Below are positions 9,544 through 18,800 of a stretch of 64,000 nucleotides of DNA, piece after piece. The translations under genes were made by a program, and so were the position numbers. Source of the stretch: Bacteroidales bacterium (GTDB lineage: Bacteria > Bacteroidota > Bacteroidia > Bacteroidales > UBA10428); the NCBI GenBank assembly GCA_041737295.1, contig JBGSSA010000163.1, positions 6,898 to 70,897 on the forward strand, read 5' to 3'. The first letter of the stretch is position 1, and the number at the start of each line of letters is the position of its first letter. The notes under the pieces are model-generated. The model made no database searches and had not been told where the DNA came from. It saw only the letters and a list, made by a program, of their open reading frames with translations.

Positions 9544-9918
9544 ATGGAAACAATCAAAATACAAGGTTCCGAAGACACTCCAAAAATAATTCTGGATGCC
9601 GGAAATGAAATCCTTGAAATCAGCGGCCGTTCATTGCCTGAGGATGTGTCATCTTTCTATGAACCGGTTCTCAACTGGCTGAATGAATATGCTGAGAATC
9701 CCAACAAAAAGACCGTATTCAACTTCAAGCTCACCTATTTTAATACAGCTTCTTCCAAATTACTGCTCGATATTCTGATGAAGCTGGAGGAAATGCATGA
9801 GAAGGGACAGGAAGTACTGATCCGCTGGCATTATCCCGACGATGATGAGGATATGGCAGAGGCCGGCGAAGAATACGCCGATATTGTTGATGTACCCTTC
9901 GAACAGGTATCCTATTGA
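9544..9918 (+). CDS. SiaC-family (DUF1987) regulatory phosphoprotein
   Basis: DTPKI, ISGRSLPED..FYEP, YFNTASSK with Thr at residue 68, WHYPDDDEDMAEAGEE. Confidence 0.88.
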   Translation: METIKIQGSEDTPKIILDAGNEILEISGRSLPEDVSSFYEPVLNWLNEYAENPNKKTVFNFKLTYFNTASSKLLLDILMKLEEMHEKGQEVLIRWHYPDDDEDMAEAGEEYADIVDVPFEQVSY

Positions 9919-9970
9919 ATATACCCTTAATTTATGGCCGTTTGCCGGTGTCAGTTAAACTGGTTATTGA

Positions 9971-12900
9971 ATGAGTGAAGAAATTCTCAGAGCGTTAATG
10001 CAACTGTTTGCTATAATAGCAAAACAGGATGAAGGGGTAGAAACTACCCAGGTTGAATATGTAAAGAATTTTTTGCAGCAACAGCTCAACGATGAAGAAG
10101 TAAAGGAATACTTTCAGCTTTTCAGGCAGTATAGCGGCATGGAAGATGACGGCAACGGTTCCGACCCGGATGAAGATAAGGGCGTACGGAAACTTACTTC
10201 TGTCAGGGATTCTGTCCGGATCCTCGGCCTTTGTAAAAAAATCAACAAAACCCTGACCCAGAAACAAAAAGTAGTTGTTCTGGTCAGACTTTTTGAAATT
10301 GTGAGTGCCGACCGGAAGTTTACCGATCAGCGAATGCAGATCATCAATACGGTTAGTGATGTTTTTAAGGTTGAGAAGGAGGAATTCACAAGCATAGAAT
10401 CCTTTGTGATCAGGAATGAATCCCATGAACTGGATGATAATAACATCCTGATCATAAATGACAAACCGGACGTACCGCGGGAGGCAAAAAAAATACCGAC
10501 TAAACAGCTGAATGGAGATATTTTTGTACTTAAGATCAAAAGTGCGGATCTCTACTTTTTAAAATATACCGGAAATGAAGACCTCTTTTTAAATGGCCTT
10601 CCCATCCGGAATGACCGTATTTATCTGTTCGCCAACGGAAGTACAGTAAAACTGCCCAAGGCGGCGCCCATTTATTTCAGCGATGTGGCAGCCCATTTCC
10701 TGGCAGATACCGTGTCACACCCGATATCCTACATAGCCAGGGATCTGGAATTCAAATTCCCCAACGGGAATACCGGATTGCATCATATCAGCTTTTCCGA
10801 AACCCATGGACGGCTCATTGGGATCATGGGTGCCAGCGGAGCCGGAAAAACTACACTCCTTAATGTGCTCTGTGGCATTGACACACCATCGAATGGCGAA
10901 GTGCTGATCAACGGCATCGATCTGCACAAAAACAATGAAAAACTGGAAGGCGTAATCGGCCTTGTGCCCCAGGATGACCTGTTGATTGAAGAACTTACCG
11001 TATATCAGAACCTGTATTATAATGCAAGGCTTTGTTTTGAGGATAAAAGCGAAACTGAAATCGACGAGCTGGTCAATAAAATACTCGTTAACCTGGGGCT
11101 TTTCGACCGGAAAGAACTGAAAGTAGGGTCCCCCCTGAAGAAAATGATCAGCGGCGGACAGCGTAAAAGGCTGAACATCGCCCTGGAACTGATCCGTGAA
11201 CCTGCAATCCTTTTTGTGGATGAACCAACCTCAGGACTTTCATCCAGGGATTCGGAAAACGTCATGGACCTACTCCGTGAACTGGCCCTCAAAGGCAAAC
11301 TTATTTTCGTTGTCATCCATCAGCCCTCTTCGGAGATTTATAAGATGTTTGACAAGATGATCATCCTCGATACCGGTGGATATATGATCTATTACGGAAA
11401 CCCGGTAGAAGCAGTGATGTATTTCAAACGGCTTGATGCACAGGTAAACAGTGAAATAGGAGAATGCAACGCCTGCGGAAATGTAAACCCCGAACTGATC
11501 TTTAACATTATCGAAGCCAAGGTGGTGGATGAGTTTGGAAATTATACCGATGCCCGTAAGGTAACACCGCAGCAATGGGATGAGCATTTTAAGCAATTGG
11601 TAGATTACAGTGAATCCCCGCAGAATGAAGGCAACCCGCCAAAGAACCTGAGAATACCCGGATGGTTCAAACAATTTGGCATTTATACCGTCCGTGATTT
11701 CTTTTCAAAGATCAGCAATAAACAGTATATCGCACTGAGCCTGCTTGAGGCGCCGGTACTGGGTTTTATCCTGTCGTCAATAATCCGGTATATTGAAGAT
11801 CCGGTTGCCGGCCATTATGTATTCAGGATAAATGAGAATATCCCCATTTTTATCTTCATGTCCCTGATCGTAGCCCTGTTTCTCGGGCTTACAATCAGCG
11901 CGGAGGAGATCTTCCGCGACCGGAAAATATTAAAGCGGGAACAGTTCCTTAACCTCAGCCGTTCAAGCTACCTGATTTCGAAAATTATGATCCTTTTTTC
12001 GATCTCTGCCATCCAGTCGTTCCTGTTTGTCATTGTTGCCAACCAGTTTTTAGGCATCCAGGGAATGCACTTTGTCTACTGGTTTGCCCTGTTTTCAACG
12101 GCTTCTTTTGCCAACATGCTGGGCCTGAATATATCAGCCTCCTTTAATTCGGCGGTGACGATTTACATCCTGATTCCGCTTGTTATGATTCCCATGATGA
12201 TCCTTAGCGGGGCCATGTTCAGCTACGATAAGCTGAATAAAAATATAAGCCGGGTGGATAAGGTACCGGTACTGGCTGAAATGATGGTCACCAAATGGTC
12301 GTATGAGGCCCTGATGGTGCATCAGTTTAAGGACAATATGTTCATGAAACAGAAACTGTACCTGATTGAAAAAGAAGAAAGCCAGAGTGATTATAAGAAA
12401 GTATACTGGCTCCCCGAACTGGCTGAACGCCTTGATCGTGTGCGTGCCGAAGTTCAAAGCACAGGAACAGTGAGCATGTCTTCCAATGACCTGTTGCTGA
12501 TCTCCAATGAAATCAGCAAGGAGTTGCTGACAAATACAGAACTACCGCCATTTGAGGGCATTGATGAACTTCAACCGCTGAAATTTACTTCTTCAACAGC
12601 AGACCTGGTAAGTAGCTATCTCTCGGTCCTCGACAAATACTATGGAGAGAAATTTCAGAAAATCAGCAAGCAGAAAGAAAACTATTTCAATTTTTACCTC
12701 GATCGTGATCCGGATGCCTATAACCGGTTACGAGACCAATATCATAATGAAGGGGTTTCCGATATTGTGCGCAAGGTGTATGAAAAGAATAAGATCCTTG
12801 AATATGATCACCAGCTGGTTCAGCATTATGATCCGATCTATTATGATCCATTTGTGGGAGACATATTAACGCTCAGAACGCATTTCTTTTCTCCTGTAAA

Positions 12901-13045
12901 ACCATTTCTGGGCAAACTGTTTGATACATACTGGTATAACATGATCGTGATCTGGCTGCTCACATTATTTTTGTACCTCGCGCTATATTTTGAATGGTTA
13001 AAGAAACTTATTAACTTGTCTCAACGTTTCAACAAGAACAAGTGA
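9971..13045 (+). CDS. ABCG/White-like single-chain ABC exporter (NBD then TMD) with about 250 aa N-terminal extension and a large extracytoplasmic loop
   Basis: Walker A GASGAGKTT, signature ISGGQRKR, Walker B FVDEPTSGL, H-loop IHQP; ABC2-type TM helices; TerB-like helical N-terminus. Confidence 0.88.
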   Translation: MSEEILRALMQLFAIIAKQDEGVETTQVEYVKNFLQQQLNDEEVKEYFQLFRQYSGMEDDGNGSDPDEDKGVRKLTSVRDSVRILGLCKKINKTLTQKQKVVVLVRLFEIVSADRKFTDQRMQIINTVSDVFKVEKEEFTSIESFVIRNESHELDDNNILIINDKPDVPREAKKIPTKQLNGDIFVLKIKSADLYFLKYTGNEDLFLNGLPIRNDRIYLFANGSTVKLPKAAPIYFSDVAAHFLADTVSHPISYIARDLEFKFPNGNTGLHHISFSETHGRLIGIMGASGAGKTTLLNVLCGIDTPSNGEVLINGIDLHKNNEKLEGVIGLVPQDDLLIEELTVYQNLYYNARLCFEDKSETEIDELVNKILVNLGLFDRKELKVGSPLKKMISGGQRKRLNIALELIREPAILFVDEPTSGLSSRDSENVMDLLRELALKGKLIFVVIHQPSSEIYKMFDKMIILDTGGYMIYYGNPVEAVMYFKRLDAQVNSEIGECNACGNVNPELIFNIIEAKVVDEFGNYTDARKVTPQQWDEHFKQLVDYSESPQNEGNPPKNLRIPGWFKQFGIYTVRDFFSKISNKQYIALSLLEAPVLGFILSSIIRYIEDPVAGHYVFRINENIPIFIFMSLIVALFLGLTISAEEIFRDRKILKREQFLNLSRSSYLISKIMILFSISAIQSFLFVIVANQFLGIQGMHFVYWFALFSTASFANMLGLNISASFNSAVTIYILIPLVMIPMMILSGAMFSYDKLNKNISRVDKVPVLAEMMVTKWSYEALMVHQFKDNMFMKQKLYLIEKEESQSDYKKVYWLPELAERLDRVRAEVQSTGTVSMSSNDLLLISNEISKELLTNTELPPFEGIDELQPLKFTSSTADLVSSYLSVLDKYYGEKFQKISKQKENYFNFYLDRDPDAYNRLRDQYHNEGVSDIVRKVYEKNKILEYDHQLVQHYDPIYYDPFVGDILTLRTHFFSPVKPFLGKLFDTYWYNMIVIWLLTLFLYLALYFEWLKKLINLSQRFNKNK

Positions 13046-13108
13046 AATGTAAATTAATAACATACAAACGAACTCTTTAGTTAATTTTTAAATATAACAC
13101 CACTTATT

Positions 13109-14008
13109 ATGCCCAAAGTATTTGTATATCTTCTGATTACACTGGTGATTGCCGCCTCCTGCAAATCAGGCGGACAGGAACAAAATGCTACGGTCGAAAT
13201 ACCTGATTCCGTTCTTAATCAGGGCATTGAGATTTCCGAGGAAGTTATGCAGGATATTGTTCAGAATATCTCTTCACCGGTTGAAATGGCAGCTATGATT
13301 AAAGATCTTGGCGTGCCCTATTCAATTAAGTACATTTCCCCTACTAACAGGGTAGGCAATCTGACCACAAGTTACCAGCAATCCCTTAACCTTGGCATTT
13401 ATGCCGCTGACCTGGGATACCTGAATATGTATAATAAAACAACGGCTGTCATTGATTACCTTACTGCGATAAAGACCCTATCGGATCAGATCAAAGTTGG
13501 ACAGTTCTTTGATTTTACCACGTTGAAAAGGCTTGCTACCAATAGCAAAAACCTTGATTCGTTGATGTATATTTCTGTGCACAGCTTTAACCAGATGGAT
13601 AAATACCTGCACTCCAACAACCGCACCAACCTCAGCACACTGATCGTAACGGGAGTATGGATTGAAGGGTTGTACCTCGGAACGCAGGTTTACAGACTTT
13701 CTCCGGATAAACAACTCTCTGACCGTATCGGTGAGCAGAAATTAACGCTCGATCAACTGGTTCTCGTATTGGACAAATATAAAAAGGACAAGCAATACGA
13801 AAAATTACTCGCTGAACTCATGATCCTCAAGGAACTTTACAAGCCTGTGGTCATCACATATGAGACGGGTGAACCGGAGATGGTGGAAGAAAATGGAATG
13901 CTGACAATCGTTCAACACGACAAAAGTATTGTTAATATGACTCCGGAACAGCTCACCAGTATTATCAATGCAACTGAACAAGTCCGTAACCGGTTAATAA
14001 GCTTATAA
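13109..14008 (+). CDS. Predicted lipoprotein, mostly helical, function unknown
   Basis: Signal MPKVFVYLLITLVIAAS-C lipobox. Confidence 0.75.
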   Translation: MPKVFVYLLITLVIAASCKSGGQEQNATVEIPDSVLNQGIEISEEVMQDIVQNISSPVEMAAMIKDLGVPYSIKYISPTNRVGNLTTSYQQSLNLGIYAADLGYLNMYNKTTAVIDYLTAIKTLSDQIKVGQFFDFTTLKRLATNSKNLDSLMYISVHSFNQMDKYLHSNNRTNLSTLIVTGVWIEGLYLGTQVYRLSPDKQLSDRIGEQKLTLDQLVLVLDKYKKDKQYEKLLAELMILKELYKPVVITYETGEPEMVEENGMLTIVQHDKSIVNMTPEQLTSIINATEQVRNRLISL

Positions 14009-14010
14009 TT

Positions 14011-14445
14011 ATGAAGAAATTCTTCTTAATACTATCCCTTTGCCTGTTCGTAATGTCAGCTCATTCCCAGGATATTTCTCAGCTAACGGCACAATGTGCT
14101 GCCAATGCAGGTGATGTCATGTATCTTAAGGATTTTGTTGTTAAGCTTGACCAGGGAACCCCGGGTGGTGCACCTCCTACCGTAAGATCCGCAATGTTGC
14201 TCAGCAAAAATGTTGTGTACCGCTTTTCCATATGCACAGCTCCGAATTCCTCAGGAGAAGCCGTGCTCCAGTTATTTGACGGAAGCACTATGATTGGAAG
14301 TACCTTTATCGCTCAAACAGGAAAAGAATTTCCGTTTTTCGATTTCAAATGCCAGAAGTCAGCGGTTTATCATGTATTCATTTCCTTTAAGGAAGGCAAA
14401 GCCGGAGAGGGCGTCGGAATTATGTCCTACGTGAAGAAGCTTTGA
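14011..14445 (+). CDS. Small secreted/periplasmic hypothetical protein
   Basis: Signal peptide MKKFFLILSLCLFVMSAHS; beta-rich mature part with Cys residues; 2 nt after the previous gene. Confidence 0.7.
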   Translation: MKKFFLILSLCLFVMSAHSQDISQLTAQCAANAGDVMYLKDFVVKLDQGTPGGAPPTVRSAMLLSKNVVYRFSICTAPNSSGEAVLQLFDGSTMIGSTFIAQTGKEFPFFDFKCQKSAVYHVFISFKEGKAGEGVGIMSYVKKL

Positions 14446-15417
14446 TCATAGTATTCTCAGTAACAACACTATAACGAGAAAGATCGCTAACAGGCCTTCG
14501 TTGATCCAGTTCCTGGCCGAGTTGCAGAAAAAATGGCTCAAAAGGTACGAGAGAGGAATGGCTGCAATGCTTACCATATCCATTCCAACGCCGGGAATCA
14601 CCACATAAATGATCAGGGAAAACAGGAACAGCCACAGAAAAAGCATAAATATCTTTCTTCCGTGGATCTTCATGTTATCAATGGCTGAAGCCATGTAATA
14701 GCTTGAATAAATCATCATGGCAACCACATACACCCATCCGATCAACTGAATGATGCTATAAGTCTGTTTGTGATGTTCAATTAACCTGTTGAATTCCGGA
14801 AAAAATTCCCTTACAGGTATACCGGCAAGATAATACCCTGCAATCACGAACAAATAAGGGAGCAAAAGCCCGACAAATACATATACCCATTCTCTCCAGT
14901 TTAATTGCCTCAATATAACCAGGGCAACCAGAAGGAATACGAACAGCAAAATGGCCGGAAAATAAATCAGGCTGGCGAGAGAGATCAGGAACCCTGCATC
15001 AAGGAAATTAACAGAGGGTCCATCCATTTTGTAGGTGGCAAATAACCGGAACAGGATTATGATTACAAGCAAGGAAACCACGAGGGTGGGTGTCAACAGA
15101 TGGATCGGATTAAATCCTGCCGCGAACATGATATAAAATAAGGCTGGCAGCTGCGTCCTGACCGGAATAAAAATGTGAATTGTATTTAACTGGATCAGCA
15201 GATACGCATTGGTAAGAATGATCAACAGGGCGATCACCATCGAAAGCACCCTGTAGTGTTCATTAAATGATGCCAGCCACAGGGCCGGGATTGTTCCGGT
15301 AAAGGCCTGATCCGGCAAAGGAACCGCGTTGAAAAAATCAGGGATCCAATACAAAACCGGTACCAGTACAAGCAGGACAAGAACACCAAGACTGTTGCTG
15401 TTGAAAAATCTTAACAC
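14446..15417 (-). CDS. Polytopic membrane protein (DUF6427-like, common in Bacteroidota)
   Basis: Many hydrophobic segments; FLDAGFLISLASLIYFP, WREW..GLLLPY. Confidence 0.7.
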   Translation of the reverse strand: MLRFFNSNSLGVLVLLVLVPVLYWIPDFFNAVPLPDQAFTGTIPALWLASFNEHYRVLSMVIALLIILTNAYLLIQLNTIHIFIPVRTQLPALFYIMFAAGFNPIHLLTPTLVVSLLVIIILFRLFATYKMDGPSVNFLDAGFLISLASLIYFPAILLFVFLLVALVILRQLNWREWVYVFVGLLLPYLFVIAGYYLAGIPVREFFPEFNRLIEHHKQTYSIIQLIGWVYVVAMMIYSSYYMASAIDNMKIHGRKIFMLFLWLFLFSLIIYVVIPGVGMDMVSIAAIPLSYLLSHFFCNSARNWINEGLLAIFLVIVLLLRIL

Positions 15418-15440
15418 AATAAATGAATTACCGCACTGGT

Positions 15441-15767
15441 TTATAAAAGGGCTTCTACCTTGTGTACCAGGTTACTTTTCGGAACTGCACCCACTTGCTT
15501 ATCCGCTACCTGTCCGTTCTTAAAGAAAAGAATCGTTGGAATATTCCGGATCCCGTATTTGGCTGACACTGCCGGATTGTTATCAACGTCAAGCTTTCCA
15601 ACCACTACCTGATCCTTGAAATCCTCTCCGATTTCATTCACAATCGGTCCAATTATTCTGCAGGGGCCGCACCACTCAGCCCAGAAATCAACCAGAACAG
15701 GCTTGTCAGAATGAAGAACCAGCTCCTCAAAGTTAGAATCCGTAAGTACAATTGCCATGGATATCAA
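15441..15767 (-). CDS. trxA: Thioredoxin
   Basis: VDFWAEWCGPC, IRNIPT. Confidence 0.95.
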   Translation of the reverse strand: MISMAIVLTDSNFEELVLHSDKPVLVDFWAEWCGPCRIIGPIVNEIGEDFKDQVVVGKLDVDNNPAVSAKYGIRNIPTILFFKNGQVADKQVGAVPKSNLVHKVEALL

Positions 15768-15808
15768 TATTAAATGAAAAAACTAAGTGTATAAAAGAAA
15801 AGACTCTG

Positions 15809-15816
15809 CAAAGTTA
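15809..15816 (-). promoter_or_regulatory. Bacteroidota sigma-A -7 element upstream of trxA
   Basis: TAACTTTG on minus strand matches TAnnTTTG. Confidence 0.6.
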
Positions 15817-15845
15817 TAAAAGTGCGTGTGAACAGCAAGCGGCAA

Positions 15846-18800
15846 TCAGAACAGTTTAAACTCCATTTCTGAAGTTTGTGTTAAAAATGAGATCAGTTCA
15901 TCGCTCAGCACAACCCGTTGCGACCGGCAGAAAAGATCGATGCTCACATTTTCCGCGGGATCGTAAACAAGGATCTTAAGGTTGGCACTTCCTCCACCCT
16001 GCTGTACATATCCTTCAAAACCTTCCAGGAATTCATCGGTGATTGCATCGAGGGGCATTTTGATCTGTATGTTTTTCACCAGTTCTTCCCGGACAGAACT
16101 CAACAGATAGATTGTTTTTATCTTAAATTCAAGTTCCGGCTGATTTTTCCAGGAATTTTCGCCCACAACTCCTTTTATCAGCAGGGAATACCCTTCATAT
16201 AAATATTTCCGGAAGTTTTCATAATCCTTGCTGAACAAGGTAATCGAAAAGGTATCCGAGTAGTCTTCCAGCGAAAATGATCCAAACGGTTTGCCGGTTT
16301 TTGTTGTGGCATGCCGCACGGTAGTTATCATCCCCGCTATTGAAATTTCCTTATTCCTGAGTGGCTCAAGATCTCTGAGATCAGCGAGAGAATTGGTACA
16401 GAACTGGTTAATCTCCAGTTTGAACTGGTCGAGCGGGTGCGAAGATAAATAGATGCCGATCACCTCTTTTTCCTTGTTCAGTTTAAGCAATGCGGGCCAT
16501 TCAGGTGTTCTTCCCGGCCGGGGTTTGATCACATCAATGCTGTTTACAGTGCCGAACAGGGTAGGCGTGGCATCCGACTGGCTCTGCATCCTGTTGCCAT
16601 AGCGGATAAGCTGCTCAATAAATCCAAGACCCCCATCTTCCGTTTCGAAAAACTGGTGCCGCTGCATATCCCTGAAACTGTCAAACCCGCCAGCCAACGC
16701 CAATGCTTCGAGGCACCGCTTATTTACAGTTGAAAGGTTAACCCTTTCAACAACGTCGAAAATATCCCTGAAGGGGCCCCCCTTTTTTCTAACATCAATG
16801 ATATGTTCAACAGCCGATTCGCCAACCCCTTTGATGGCGGCCAGTCCGAACCGGATCAGTCCCTGCTTGTTCACCGTAAACCGGGCAAAGCTCTCATTGA
16901 TATCAGGAACCAGAACCTGGCTGCCCATGCGCCTGCATTCGTCCATGAAAAAGCCGATCTTCTTCAGGTCATTCAGGTTCCGGCTCAAAACAGCGGCCAT
17001 AAATTCTGCCGGGTAATGTGCCTTGAGATAGGCTGTATGATAGGAGATCAGTGCATAGCAGGTTGAATGTGATTTGTTGAATGCGTAATGGGCAAACGAT
17101 TCCCAATCCTTCCAGATCTTTTGGGCAATTTTCGGATCATGTCCCTTTCTCACGCATCCCTCTTCGAATTTCACCTGCAGTTCATTCATCATGGAGACTA
17201 TCTTTTTCCCCATCGCCTTTCGCAGGGAATCCGCCATACCCTTGGTAAATCCGGCCAGCAATTGCGACAACAACATCACCTGCTCCTGGTATACCGTGAT
17301 GCCATAGGTATCCTTCAGATATACCTCCATTTCAGGAATGTCGTACCGGATCTCTTCCTTCCCGTGTTTCCGGTTTATATAACTGGGTATATACTCCATG
17401 GGACCCGGCCTGTATAAGGCATTCATGGCGATCAGATCCTCAAACCGGTTTGGTTTTAAGGCCTTCAGATGCTTTTTCATCCCATCGGATTCAAACTGGA
17501 ATAACCCGGTTGTTTCCCCGCGGCTGTAAAGTTCATAGGTCATCGGGTCATCCAGCGGGATGTTCTCCATGTCGATGGTGATTTGATGCGAAGTCTGGAT
17601 ATTCTCAAGGGTATCCTTGATAATGGACAGGGTTTTGAGACCGAGGAAGTCCATCTTCAGCATGCCCACCGATTCAATGTGCGAACCTTCAAACTGGGTT
17701 ACATTCAAATCGGCATCCTTATTCCGGCAAATGGGTATATATTCTTCAAGGCTGTCCTTGCCTATGATGATCCCGCAGGCGTGCACGCCGGTCTGCCTGA
17801 CAGAACCTTCCAGCACCTCCGCGTACTTGAGCGTGCTTGCAATAAGCTCATTATCTGACATTTTTTCCGCCAGCAGGGCCGGTACCTTTTCATATACATC
17901 CTTAAAGCTGGTCCCCGGCGTTTCAGGCACCATTTTAGCCAGCCGGTCAGCCTCCTGCAACGGCAGTTTTTGTACCCGGGCCACATCGCGGATCGCCATC
18001 CTGGGCGCCATTGTGCCAAAGGTAATTACATGGGCCACCCTGTTGCGGCCGAATTTCTTCACCACATATTGCAGCACCCTTTCACGCCCATCCTCGTCAA
18101 AGTCGATATCGATATCGGGCATTGATATCCGGTCGGGATTCAGAAAGCGCTCAAACAGCAGGTCATATTTGATCGGGTCAATATCCGTGATTCGGAGACA
18201 GAAAGCAACCACTGATCCGGCAGCGGATCCCCGTCCCGGGCCAACAGCCACATCCATTTCCCTTGCTGCCCTGATCACATCCCAAACAATGAGGAAGTAA
18301 CCCGGGAAACCCATTTTGCGAATGGTTTCCAGTTCAAAATCGATGCGGTCACGAACGGTCTCATTGATATCGGGATATCGCTTCTCCGCTCCCTGGTACG
18401 TAAGATGCCTCAGATACAGATTGGCATCTGTAAATTCCTCCGGAAGGGGGAAATCCGGCATAATCGGATCACTATTCAGATCGTACGATTCAATTTTCCC
18501 GGCCACTTCCTGTGTATTGGCGATTGCCTGGGGCAGGTCAGCAAAAAGCTGTTTCATTTCCGCCTGCGTTTTGAACCATTCCTGGCGGGTATACCGCATG
18601 CGGTTCGGATCATCCACATCTTTGCCTGTGCTGATGCATAAGAGCCTGTCATGGGCTGCTGCATCATCCTCATTGATAAAATGCACATCATTTGTGGCGA
18701 TGCATTTTATGCCCATGGAAGCAGATATTTCGAGCAGGTGCTTATTGACAAATACCTGGTTTTCAAATACCTCCCGGTCGACACGGGCATCCCCGGAGTA

